A stretch of 64,000 nt of DNA, from positions 384,001-448,000 of the forward strand of contig JBALDB010000056.1 in NCBI GenBank assembly GCA_036918135.1. Reading direction: 5' to 3'. Positions 9,866 through 19,780 of this stretch are shown here, in pieces. This DNA is from Nostoc sp. (GTDB lineage Bacteria; Cyanobacteriota; Cyanobacteriia; Cyanobacteriales; Nostocaceae). The translations under genes were made by a program, and so were the position numbers. The notes under the pieces were generated by a model. It was not told the DNA's origin and did no database searches. It saw only the letters and a program-made list of their open reading frames with translations. The stretch's first letter is position 1; the number at the start of each line of letters is the position of its first letter.

Positions 9866-12655
9866 ATGATATACAAACCCCGTCAACAAAAGCTGTTGAG
9901 ATGGATGGCATTGTTCCTAGTTGGAACATTTCTGCAATTTTGGTTCTACGTCCCGACACCAGTTTTATCTCAATCGAATAACTGTAGCAATATTACAGCC
10001 CCCCTCACACCTGAAGAACAAACTTATGCTCGTGCTGCTTGGCAGTATTTTGTGAAAAATTATCAGCCAGCAACGGGATTTACCAATTCTACTGGGGGTT
10101 ATCCTTCGGGTACGCTCTGGGATATGGGTAACTACCTGATGGCGTTGAATGCTGCACGATCGCTAAATCTCACCGACCAAACAGACTTTGATGCGCGCCT
10201 CAACAAGTTTTTAACGACTTTTAGCAGCCTGAAGTTATTTGAGGATGCTTTGCCCAATAAAGTCTATAATGCAGCCACGGCACAGATGGTTGATTATGGC
10301 AACAATCCCACTGAACGGGGTATTGGTTGGTCTGCTTTAGATATTGGTCGAATTCTAGCTGCATTTGATGTCATCCGCAGCTGTCATCCACAATATAATG
10401 ATTGGCTCAAAGGAATTGTAGCCAAGTGGCAGGTTGGGCGATCGCTCAAAGATGAACAACTTTTTGGCGCTACTGTTCTCCCTGACAGCAAAACATTACT
10501 GGTGCAAGAAGGACGACTCGGCTACGAAGAATATGGTGCCAGAGGTTATCAACTTTGGGGTTTTGCTGCACCAAAAGCTATTGCTTTAGAACCGTTTAAG
10601 CTAGTCGAAATTAATGGTGTGCAAATTCCCGTTGATACCCGTGATTTTAAAAGCACCAACGCTAATAATTATGTTGTTAGCGAGTCTTATATCCTTGATG
10701 GGATCGAATTTGGCTTGCAAGGTGAGTTAGCTGATTTTGCTGCGAGAGTTTTAGATGTGCAAAAACGGCGTTACGATACCACAGGTCAATTAACTGCGGT
10801 CACAGAAGACAATATCGACCAAGCACCTTATTTTCTCTACAATACTATCTACGCCAACGGTGCAAACTGGGCAACAATTACAGATACTAACCAGCCTTAT
10901 CCCCAGTTTCGCAGCATCAGCACCAAAGCAGCTTTTGGCTGGCGCTATCTTTTTCCAGATAATGCGTATGCTCAAAAAGTTTTTGATGTTGTCAAGGATC
11001 TCCGCAGTCCTGATGATAGTGGTTACTATGCTGGTCTTTATGAAGAATCCAAACAACCCAATAAAGCTTTGACAGGTAATACTAATGGGCTAATTTTGGA
11101 GATTTTATACTATAAAGCTAGGGGAAATCGCCCCTTAATTGCCTCTAGTTCTGTGAGTGTAGCTACTGCTAAGCCCAGTGAGAACGTAACACCCTCAAAT
11201 CAAGCAAATCCTGTTACAGTTCCTACCCCAACCCCTGCGGATACTTCTAAAATTACAGAAGTGGTTGTTGCACCGATTTCACCAGTAGATAGTCCGCAAC
11301 CATCGTCTAATCTCAAGTTAGAACGACCGTTGAGCGTTGTTGAACGGCGCTATGCAGAGGCAGCTTGGGGATACTTTCAAGCAAATTATCATTCTAAAAG
11401 TGGGCTGATTGACGATCGCAGCGATTTCAAGGGTGCAACTCTCTGGGGCTTAGGAGATTATCTGGCAGCACTCCATGCGGCGCGATCGCTCGATATAATT
11501 ACCCCCAAAGAATTTGAAGGGCGCACCCGTCATCTTTTAGCAGCCTTGACAAAATTACCTTTATTTGGTGAGGAATTGCCGAGTCGGGGTTACGATACCA
11601 GAACTCTACAATCAATAGATTACGGTGGAAATCCAGTCCCAAATGGAAATGGCTGGTCAGCTTTAGATTTAGGCAGAATACTGGCAGCGCTTTACAACTT
11701 AAAAACCTGTCATCCAGAATACACGGCTGCGGTAGATAAAATTGTGCTGGATTGGTCATACTTACGTGTGGTGCGCGAAGGTATTCTTTCTAGTGCTACT
11801 GTGAGTAAATCGCCAGATGGGCAATATATTACTCGCGTTAACCCTGAAACCCGCTTGGGTTATGAAGAATATGCGGCGCGTGCTTTTCAATTATGGGGGT
11901 TTAATGTTGAGCATTCTGCTGTTGGCGGTGAATATCAAACAGCCTCAGTAGAGGGAATACAAGTACCAATCCAACGCCGTCGCACAGATACGAACTCTCA
12001 AAACCAATACACAGTTAGCAATCCTTTCTTACTTTATGCTTTGGAATTTGGACTAGATCCACAAATGCGATCGCTCTTTGAGCCAATTTTCCAAGCGCAA
12101 GCCGAACGTTACCGTCGCACCGGCATCCTCACAGCCTCAGCTACAACCTTAATCGATCGCAAGCCTTACACTGTCCACAGCACAATTACTGGCAAAGGTG
12201 AATCCTGGGTAGCTTTAGGAGATAACGGTCAACCTCTACCAAAAGGGCGATTGGTAAGTACAGCAGTAGCTTTTGCTTATCATGCTTTGCTTCCAGAGAA
12301 CAAGTATAGTCAAGAGTTACTCCAAGGAACGACTGATTTATATAATCCATTGGCTGGATTTTATGAAGGCTTTTATGAAACTACAGGTAAAACGGCGATT
12401 GGTTTCACTAGCAGCACCAATAGTATGATTTTGCAATCCTTGCTATATACACTAATGAATCAACAACCCCTAATTCGTCCGACTATTACCATGAAGTCTC
12501 CTTGGTGGGTAGCAGTTAGTAAGGGAAATTCTGGGCGAGGTTTACCCAACACTTCAATCCAACGAATCAAGTTAATTTCTGATGGTTCTGGAAGTTACTG
12601 GGTTTCAAGTAGCAAAAATACTCCACTAGTAACTGACACAAAAGTTACACGATAA
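9866..12655 (+). CDS. Secreted tandem DUF3131 protein (two glycoside-hydrolase-like domains with a Pro/Thr-rich linker)
   Basis: Signal peptide-like N-terminus; two repeats of AW.YF..N, T.W..G.YL.AL.AA, LP...Y, GWSALD.GR, RLGYEEY. Confidence 0.85.
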   Translation: MIYKPRQQKLLRWMALFLVGTFLQFWFYVPTPVLSQSNNCSNITAPLTPEEQTYARAAWQYFVKNYQPATGFTNSTGGYPSGTLWDMGNYLMALNAARSLNLTDQTDFDARLNKFLTTFSSLKLFEDALPNKVYNAATAQMVDYGNNPTERGIGWSALDIGRILAAFDVIRSCHPQYNDWLKGIVAKWQVGRSLKDEQLFGATVLPDSKTLLVQEGRLGYEEYGARGYQLWGFAAPKAIALEPFKLVEINGVQIPVDTRDFKSTNANNYVVSESYILDGIEFGLQGELADFAARVLDVQKRRYDTTGQLTAVTEDNIDQAPYFLYNTIYANGANWATITDTNQPYPQFRSISTKAAFGWRYLFPDNAYAQKVFDVVKDLRSPDDSGYYAGLYEESKQPNKALTGNTNGLILEILYYKARGNRPLIASSSVSVATAKPSENVTPSNQANPVTVPTPTPADTSKITEVVVAPISPVDSPQPSSNLKLERPLSVVERRYAEAAWGYFQANYHSKSGLIDDRSDFKGATLWGLGDYLAALHAARSLDIITPKEFEGRTRHLLAALTKLPLFGEELPSRGYDTRTLQSIDYGGNPVPNGNGWSALDLGRILAALYNLKTCHPEYTAAVDKIVLDWSYLRVVREGILSSATVSKSPDGQYITRVNPETRLGYEEYAARAFQLWGFNVEHSAVGGEYQTASVEGIQVPIQRRRTDTNSQNQYTVSNPFLLYALEFGLDPQMRSLFEPIFQAQAERYRRTGILTASATTLIDRKPYTVHSTITGKGESWVALGDNGQPLPKGRLVSTAVAFAYHALLPENKYSQELLQGTTDLYNPLAGFYEGFYETTGKTAIGFTSSTNSMILQSLLYTLMNQQPLIRPTITMKSPWWVAVSKGNSGRGLPNTSIQRIKLISDGSGSYWVSSSKNTPLVTDTKVTR

Positions 12656-12715
12656 GGGAACTCCAAGAAATAAATTATTCCGTTTGAAGTTGATGACTAA
12701 TGACTATGAACAGTG
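12653..12715 (+). repeat. Dispersed repeat/MITE end (TAAGGGAACTC.AAGAAATAAATTAT), copy 1
   Basis: Near-identical inverted copy at ~43375-43441. Confidence 0.7.
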
Positions 12716-12982
12716 TTTCAGGCTTTGGTGTGTAAGTCCTGTATTTGTCAGTCCCTAAATTGAAAGGGAAATTACTGGAATTACAAAGGCGTATTTGTTA
12801 ATAAGCAGTTGTATTTGGGAATACTTGTAGATGAGTCAATACAGTCAGTAGTTTGTACAAGCAACAGACATTCTTGATTCATCTGCTCAAACCATCCAAA
12901 AGATATTTCAAGAGGCTGGTGTATATTCACGAGGCAATCCGTTGGCTGTTTATCCCCTGCGGAGTTGGCAAAGAAGATATAA

Positions 12983-14422
12983 ATGGCAACAAGAGGCATC
13001 AAAAGCATGATTTTGCAATCATTTTTGTACGCGACGACAAATCAGCAACCCCCGCTTTGCCCTAGTACACTGACATGGCGATGCTCTCCTACACCATCTG
13101 TGCTGATTGCTGCGCCTGAGAACTTTAACTCTGATATCCAAACACCAGAACCTATTGCTCCCAAAGTTACACCACTGCTGCTAAAACCAAAACCGACAGC
13201 TAACCCAGAAAAACCTGTTACTCCTTTGCTGAAAATCTCACCACCTCGGTTGAGCGAACAAGCAGATCGAATTGCGGCTCAACAAGCTTGGAAGTATTTC
13301 GATCGCAATTGGAATCCCCAAACGGGTTTAGTTAATTCAGTAGATAATTTGCCCTGGACAACTTGGTGGGATCAGGGTAGCGCCTTATTAGGAATTCATG
13401 CGGCTTACCAGTTAGGCTTATTACCGCAAGAGATGTTTCAACAGCGGATGAACGCCTTGCTACGGACGTTGGAAAAACTGCCGCTACCTGCAACTAATTT
13501 GCCCAACAAAGCTTATAGCACTGACACTGCCGAAATGCGCCATCTCGATAACACTCCCGACCCCGAAGGTACAAGTGGTTGGTCGGCTCTAGATATGGCG
13601 CGATTTTTAATTGGATTGCATGTTATGCGATCGCATTATCCAGAGTATCGCGATTCGCCTAAGGGCGACAGCTTCGCTTCACGTATAAATCGCATCGTCG
13701 CTCGTTGGCAGATATCGAAACTTGTCAAAGATGGTTGGTTAAATGGTGCTATTCCCGAAGCAGACAAACTTCTGGAAGTGCAGGAAGGGCGATTCGGCTA
13801 CGAGCAATATGCTGCTCATTGTTTAAAGTTGTGGAATCTTCAAGCTACTAATGCTTTGAACAATTCACCAACAAAAGCGGTTCAAGTCGATGGGATTACG
13901 CTGCAAATCGACGAGCGTAATTTCAAAAACTCTGGAGCTAGTAACTACCTGACAAACGATCCTTATTTGCTGTGGGGTTTAGAAATAGGTTGGAATGATG
14001 CCATTAAGCCTCAAGTACAAAATCTTTTTCAAGTGCAATTACAAAGGTTTAAACGTACTGGAATTTTAACTGCTGTCAATGAAGATTCTTTAGATCGTCT
14101 CCCTTACTTTTTGTATTACAGCGTCTACTCCAATGGTCAAGCTTGGCAAGCCGTTAACACAACAGGAAAGGCCTATCCTCAATTACGGTTTCTCAGTACA
14201 AAAGCAGCATTTTCTTGGTTTGCACTCATGCCTAATCAGCCTTATGCAAAAAAGCTACGAGATTTCGTTCAAAATTTAGCAGATAAAAATCGCGGCTATT
14301 TTTCAGGACGATATGAAAATTCCCAACTTGGTGTTAATGCTTCTGTTGACGTGAATACAAATGCGATCGTTTTAGAAAGTCTGCTTTATAAAGCTAGAGG
14401 TAGACATCCACTAGCCGATTAA
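12983..14422 (+). CDS. DUF3131 domain protein (single domain)
   Basis: AWKYFDRNW, TTWWDQG, LPNKAY, GWSALDMAR, QEGRFGYEQY, STKAAF, NTNAIVLESLLYKARG. Confidence 0.85.
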   Translation: MATRGIKSMILQSFLYATTNQQPPLCPSTLTWRCSPTPSVLIAAPENFNSDIQTPEPIAPKVTPLLLKPKPTANPEKPVTPLLKISPPRLSEQADRIAAQQAWKYFDRNWNPQTGLVNSVDNLPWTTWWDQGSALLGIHAAYQLGLLPQEMFQQRMNALLRTLEKLPLPATNLPNKAYSTDTAEMRHLDNTPDPEGTSGWSALDMARFLIGLHVMRSHYPEYRDSPKGDSFASRINRIVARWQISKLVKDGWLNGAIPEADKLLEVQEGRFGYEQYAAHCLKLWNLQATNALNNSPTKAVQVDGITLQIDERNFKNSGASNYLTNDPYLLWGLEIGWNDAIKPQVQNLFQVQLQRFKRTGILTAVNEDSLDRLPYFLYYSVYSNGQAWQAVNTTGKAYPQLRFLSTKAAFSWFALMPNQPYAKKLRDFVQNLADKNRGYFSGRYENSQLGVNASVDVNTNAIVLESLLYKARGRHPLAD

Positions 14423-14516
14423 TTTAATTTTTTTGATATGAATTGAATCAATGATTGGGAAAAACCAAATTTTAACCAGACTAAAATCAAACTCATAAAT
14501 CTCAAATAGTAATAAT

Positions 14517-16499
14517 ATGACTTCAGTTTCTATTATTGATAATTCCCCAAACTTTTCTGGAAACAGCCGCTCGTTACTTAAAAAAAGAACGCTGTTATTT
14601 CGGTATTTGGCAGAAATCAATTTAATTTTTGGTATCTGGTATTTGCAATGGCGCATCACCCATTCGATTAATTTTGATGCGCTTTGGATCTCTATTCCTT
14701 TGCTAATAGCTGAAATTTATAGCTATTTCGGTGGCGTGATGTTTGTAATTGGGTTGTGGCGGCCTTTAGTTCGACAAATTAAATCCCTCGACCAGATGAC
14801 TCCATCGATACCAAGATCCGACTGGCCAACAGTGGATGTATTTGTAACCTGCTACAACGAGCCACCAGAAATTGTAGAAGAAACTGCCAAAGCTGCTCTA
14901 GCAATGGATTACCCGCCAACAAAGTTACGTGTTTATGTGCTGGATGATGGTAACTCGGCTCAGATGCGAGCAATGACAGAAAGATTGTGTATTGAGGATT
15001 TGCTCTCACCACAACTACAGCAGGAAGCAGAACGAATTGATGCAGAACACTTTTGGTTGTTAGAGCGCTTGAAGCAACTAGAAAATCTTGCACCTAACAC
15101 TCAAGCCGCTGAAGAATGGCTGCAAGCTTCATCACAACTAGAGGAAAACCAGTTTGCTAGTGGATTTGTGCAAAGTCTGCGAGAGTTTATTCTTTGGTTA
15201 CCTCCACAACATCAAAGTATAAGCGAACGTCTGACTACCGAACGCAAAGCCTTAGAAGAAGCTATTCGTAATAAAGAAATAGAACTAGTTGAACTCGCTC
15301 GTTTTCGCTACATTGCTCGTCCCAAACCAGCTGGTGTACCGCATCACGCTAAAGCAGGTAACCTCAATTACGCAATTTTTTCTGGAGAAACTTCTGGACA
15401 GTTTATTCTCACCTTAGATGCTGACCATATTCCCAAACCACAATTTATTAAACGAGTTCTGCCTTATTTCTTCACTTATAATCTTTTCACAGGAAAATAT
15501 GACCAGAATCAAATTGCTTTTGTCCAGACTCGTCAGGATTTTTACAACATTCCTGCGGGCGATCCTTTTGGACATCGAGCAAATTTATTTTATGGGCCGC
15601 TTCAACAGGGCAAAGATGGCATGAATGCCGCTTTTTATACAGGTACAAATGCACTTTTGAGACGGGAAGCACTGATTAGTGTTGGACTTCAATATTTTGC
15701 TGATGAGTTTACCAAAGACGAAAAACGTTTAAATGAATTTCAATTAATTGGTGGCGTATCCAGCAACAGTATTACAGAAGATATGAATACAGCCATGCGT
15801 CTACATGGTGCTGGATGGAAATCCATTTATCACAATGAATTGCTGGCAGAAGGTTTAGCACCAGACGACCTGAGTTCTACTCTCAAACAACGGCTACGCT
15901 GGGCACAAGGAACAATTCAAGTACTATTGAGAGAAAATCCGTTAACAAAGCCAGGGCTAAGTTTTTGGCAAAGGTTGCATTATTTTAAAACTATGTATAG
16001 CTATTTTTCTGGTTTTGCAACTTTAGTTTTTATTTGTTGTCCGATTATCTATTTTTTTACTGATATTATTCCGGTAAAAACCTACGGGCCTGACTTTGCT
16101 TTACACTTTTTTCCAGCTTTTATTATTAACCGCATGACTTTTCTTGCAGCTACCTGGGGCATTCCAGCAAGAGAAGTTTGGCGTTCCGAACAATACGCGA
16201 TCGCTTTATTTCCTTTATTAATTCAAGCTGTCTGGAGTGTATTTACAGGACAAAAACTCAATTTCCAAGTCACACCTAAACAACGACAATCCGGCATTTA
16301 TCTAAGGCTAGTTTGGCCACAAATCGTTGTTTTTATCTTGACCATCCTGGGAATATTATGGAGCCTTTATCGGTTTGCAATTGGCCATCTTAATTATCCT
16401 GAAGTTCATCTACTCAATGGTGCATGGGCTATTTATAACTTATTACTTTTGTCGGCTATTATCCGCGCATCTGTTTGGCAACCTCCGAAAGAAGCTTGA
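14517..16499 (+). CDS. Cellulose-synthase-like processive GT2 glycosyltransferase
   Basis: PTVDVFVTCYNE, LDDG, HAKAGNLN, DADH, TED and QRLRW motifs; N- and C-terminal TMs; no PilZ tail. Confidence 0.92.
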   Translation: MTSVSIIDNSPNFSGNSRSLLKKRTLLFRYLAEINLIFGIWYLQWRITHSINFDALWISIPLLIAEIYSYFGGVMFVIGLWRPLVRQIKSLDQMTPSIPRSDWPTVDVFVTCYNEPPEIVEETAKAALAMDYPPTKLRVYVLDDGNSAQMRAMTERLCIEDLLSPQLQQEAERIDAEHFWLLERLKQLENLAPNTQAAEEWLQASSQLEENQFASGFVQSLREFILWLPPQHQSISERLTTERKALEEAIRNKEIELVELARFRYIARPKPAGVPHHAKAGNLNYAIFSGETSGQFILTLDADHIPKPQFIKRVLPYFFTYNLFTGKYDQNQIAFVQTRQDFYNIPAGDPFGHRANLFYGPLQQGKDGMNAAFYTGTNALLRREALISVGLQYFADEFTKDEKRLNEFQLIGGVSSNSITEDMNTAMRLHGAGWKSIYHNELLAEGLAPDDLSSTLKQRLRWAQGTIQVLLRENPLTKPGLSFWQRLHYFKTMYSYFSGFATLVFICCPIIYFFTDIIPVKTYGPDFALHFFPAFIINRMTFLAATWGIPAREVWRSEQYAIALFPLLIQAVWSVFTGQKLNFQVTPKQRQSGIYLRLVWPQIVVFILTILGILWSLYRFAIGHLNYPEVHLLNGAWAIYNLLLLSAIIRASVWQPPKEA

Positions 16500-16617
16500 G
16501 GGAGATGGGGAGATAGGGGAAGAAATGACAAATGACAAATGCTTCTCTACGAGAGGCTGCGCCAACGGCTTCCCCGTAGGAGTACGCTCAGCACAAGTGA
16601 CAAATGACCAATGACTA

Positions 16618-17364
16618 ATGACAAACTCGAAAACAGCCATGAATACTCATTTAGACTGTAACAACTTTAGTCAGCAAACTGTGTTAACAATTTATGCTCA
16701 TGCTGATGATGAAGTTTTACCTGCTGCTGGTACTCTCAGTTTGATGTCAAAGGCAGGGTGGAATGTTCGTTGCTTAATTTTGACTGATGGTAGCCTTTCT
16801 AGTTCACCTGTTAAGGGTACACGTCATCAAGAAGCAGATGCAGCTGGTAAAATCATCGGTGCCAATTATGAGTTTCACGCACTTGAAGAGTGCAATTTCT
16901 CAACACAAGCAGTAATTAAAGTTGCTGAAGAAGCTATTGGGCGTTGGCAGCCGGATTTGATTATTACTCACGCACCACAACCTGAAAAATATGGACATAG
17001 AGATCATGAAGTGTGTGCGATCGCAGTTTCTAATGTTGCTACTCGTAAAAACATACCTTTATGGTATTCAGCACCACCTGTTTTTTTACGTGGCTTTGAA
17101 CCAAACTTTTTTGTAGATATTACCTCTGTAATTGAGGAAAAAGTCGCTGCTATCGGTTGTTATGAATCTGAAGCAAACAAAGCATTTATGCAACTGGATG
17201 CAATCCTGATTTTATCTCGGTTTTGGGCACGAGAATTAGGTCAAAAAGATGGGTATTTTGAAGCTTTTGAAATTTCTCGACAATGGGTTGATGCTAGCTT
17301 CTTTACTGCAATAGCAAATAGTAATAATAGACGAGTCAAAGAGAATTTTCAAGCTAATTACTGA
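16618..17364 (+). CDS. PIG-L/LmbE family deacetylase
   Basis: AHADDE and HRDH metal-binding motifs; PNFFVDIT, EAF. Confidence 0.9.
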   Translation: MTNSKTAMNTHLDCNNFSQQTVLTIYAHADDEVLPAAGTLSLMSKAGWNVRCLILTDGSLSSSPVKGTRHQEADAAGKIIGANYEFHALEECNFSTQAVIKVAEEAIGRWQPDLIITHAPQPEKYGHRDHEVCAIAVSNVATRKNIPLWYSAPPVFLRGFEPNFFVDITSVIEEKVAAIGCYESEANKAFMQLDAILILSRFWARELGQKDGYFEAFEISRQWVDASFFTAIANSNNRRVKENFQANY

Positions 17365-17536
17365 GAAATTGTACCATAGTTTTTAGTCATTGGTCACTGG
17401 ACACAGGGCAGTCCTCAGAAATCAGACAGCATTACATAATATCAACAAAATTATTACTTTAGCTCTTGCGGTTTATATTAAGTAAATGCCAAAATATTAA
17501 TGTATAATTTCAAGTAAGATTTTGGAGTTTTGATTC

Positions 17537-17866
17537 ATGAATATGAGTGTGACAGTACTAGAATTATCTGGAATTTTAGATGGCATTAGAGGGAATGAAT
17601 TGCGTCGTGAAGTTAGTACGATTGTAGAAAATGGAGCCGATATTTTGTTGTTGGATTTAAAAGAAGTAAAGTTTATTGATAGTTCGGGTTTAGGTGCTTT
17701 AGTATCAGCAATGCAAATGGTACGAAAAGCTAATGGTAAACTTTTTGTCTGTTCTATCAGCGATCAAGTCAGAATGTTATTTGAACTGACTAAAATGGAT
17801 AGAATTTTTCAAACCTTTGCTGACCAAGAGGAATTTAATCGCCAAGTACTAGCAAGACAAAATTGA
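17537..17866 (+). CDS. STAS anti-sigma-factor antagonist (RsbV/SpoIIAA-like)
   Basis: DLKEVKFIDSSGLGALV phospho-Ser motif. Confidence 0.95.
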   Translation: MNMSVTVLELSGILDGIRGNELRREVSTIVENGADILLLDLKEVKFIDSSGLGALVSAMQMVRKANGKLFVCSISDQVRMLFELTKMDRIFQTFADQEEFNRQVLARQN

Positions 17867-17886
17867 AATACGTACATTTGAGTAAA

Positions 17887-19077
17887 TTAACCAAAGTTAA
17901 CTTTTACCAAAGATAAATCATCATCAAGATTATTTTGAGCATTCAATGTGAGAATATTTGCTAATAGTCGATTGAGATTATAGGTATCTTCTTGACTACA
18001 TTTGATTAATAAGTCAATGAAAGCATCAATTCCTAAAATATTCCCATCTGGCTGATTAATTTCATAAGCACCATCACTAAAAATATATAAAGAGCTATTT
18101 TCTTGGACTTCAAAAACAGCATCCTCAAATTCGACATCAGGTAAAAAGCCAATCGGTAAATCTAAAGAAGTTAGCTGTTGAACTTGGATATTTGTTGTTG
18201 AGGTACTAGATAACAGTAAAGCGGGTGGATGTCCGGCGTTGGCATAAATGAGTTGACGTTTGAGGCGGTGATAAACTCCATACCAAATTGTGAAGTATTT
18301 ATCACCGTGCTTCCTCATTTGGAAGGCGTGATTGAGCGCTTTTAGGACTTCACTGGGTTGACAAAAGTTAGTGTTTGGCAGAGATTGCGATCGCAAAACA
18401 TTCAGCACCGACACAGATAAGAGTGCTGAACCTACTCCATGTCCTGATACATCTAATAAATAAATTGCCAAGCGATCGTCGTCGATCCAATTATGACCGA
18501 AGCAATCACCGCCTAGCTGTGCTGAAGGAATAAACAAATTTTCACTAGTTACTGTTCCTACAAGCGGTGAAGGTAGAAGCGATCGCACGTAATCAGCTGC
18601 CTCAGTCAATTCTGTTTCTAAAATCTGCTTTTGGGTTTGCAAATCTTGATTGAGCGTCTCCAAAGCTTGCTTTTTACTTTGTAAATCTTGATTGAGCTGA
18701 TGTAGCCTTAGTCCTGCTCTGACTCTTGCTTTCAATTCATTCATCTCTATTGGTTTTGAGATAAACTCGTCTGCTCCAGCATCAAGTCCTCTAACTCTAT
18801 CTTCTTCCTCTCCTCTAGCGGCTCCCCTAGCTGTTAATAAAATAAAAAATGTAGTTGCCAAATCTGCATCTGCCCTAATTCGCCGACATACTTCTAGCCC
18901 ATCTACCTCGGACATCATCCAATCACAGATAATTAGAGCAGGACGTAAGAGTTGTGCTTGTGTAATTCCTTCTTCACCATTACTGGCTACAGTAATATCA
19001 TAACCCTGTTTTTTGAGTGTGCTTTTCAGTACTGCTCGGACTGTAGGATCGTCATCAATAACTAAAATTTTAAACAT
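17887..19077 (-). CDS. Response regulator-PP2C (SpoIIE/RsbU-like) phosphatase
   Basis: N-terminal REC domain; GGDCF, DVSGHG, ANAGHP, SDG, DDLS motifs. Confidence 0.95.
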   Translation of the reverse strand: MFKILVIDDDPTVRAVLKSTLKKQGYDITVASNGEEGITQAQLLRPALIICDWMMSEVDGLEVCRRIRADADLATTFFILLTARGAARGEEEDRVRGLDAGADEFISKPIEMNELKARVRAGLRLHQLNQDLQSKKQALETLNQDLQTQKQILETELTEAADYVRSLLPSPLVGTVTSENLFIPSAQLGGDCFGHNWIDDDRLAIYLLDVSGHGVGSALLSVSVLNVLRSQSLPNTNFCQPSEVLKALNHAFQMRKHGDKYFTIWYGVYHRLKRQLIYANAGHPPALLLSSTSTTNIQVQQLTSLDLPIGFLPDVEFEDAVFEVQENSSLYIFSDGAYEINQPDGNILGIDAFIDLLIKCSQEDTYNLNRLLANILTLNAQNNLDDDLSLVKVNFG

Positions 19078-19227
19078 AATTAATACTTTTATAATTACAA
19101 TGAAAAATCAGTATTTACTCTAATTTAACTTATATTAAATTTAGTTTGTAATGTATAGTGAAAATACTCAAATTAAATAAACTGATTAGCGAATATGATG
19201 ATGTTAAAATATTTTATTGTTTAAGAA

Positions 19228-19644
19228 GTGAATAAGAAAATTTATCTAAAAGTCAATACAGACCTGACAGCTTCGCCTGAAGTTTTATCTTGGTTCGAGC
19301 AGATGAATCAACCAAGTTTTCCCAATAAACAAATTTGGTGGCAATGTCAAACGCTTTTGATAGAAGGCTTTACTAATATTGTTGAACACGCCCACAAAAA
19401 TTTGCCCATTGAAACTCCCATTGAGATAGAAGCTGTGCGTTTAAATGAGTATATAGAAATTCGTATTTGGTCTCAAGGTAAATATTTTAATTTAGAGGAG
19501 CAATTGGGCCAAACATCTGAATTTGAGGAGAATGACCAAGAGCGCGGACGTGGATTACAAATCATGTCTGCCATTGCTGATAAATTGAGCTATGAGCCGA
19601 CAGTAGATAATCGTTACTGTTTATTTATTAGTAAATATTACTAA
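19228..19644 (+). CDS. Anti-sigma factor / Ser kinase (RsbW-like HATPase)
   Basis: EGFTNIVEHA N-box, ERGRGLQIM G-box. Confidence 0.88.
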   Translation: MNKKIYLKVNTDLTASPEVLSWFEQMNQPSFPNKQIWWQCQTLLIEGFTNIVEHAHKNLPIETPIEIEAVRLNEYIEIRIWSQGKYFNLEEQLGQTSEFEENDQERGRGLQIMSAIADKLSYEPTVDNRYCLFISKYY

Positions 19645-19780
19645 TATTTAATAACACCAAATTCTAGGTTTGACAAACTTTTTTAATAATTCCCTACTTT
19701 TAGTGTTTGAGTTCTTAGCAAATCTTACTATAAAGCAGATAGTTATTAATTTCAAATAGATGCTCAGACTGTAGCTTCAT

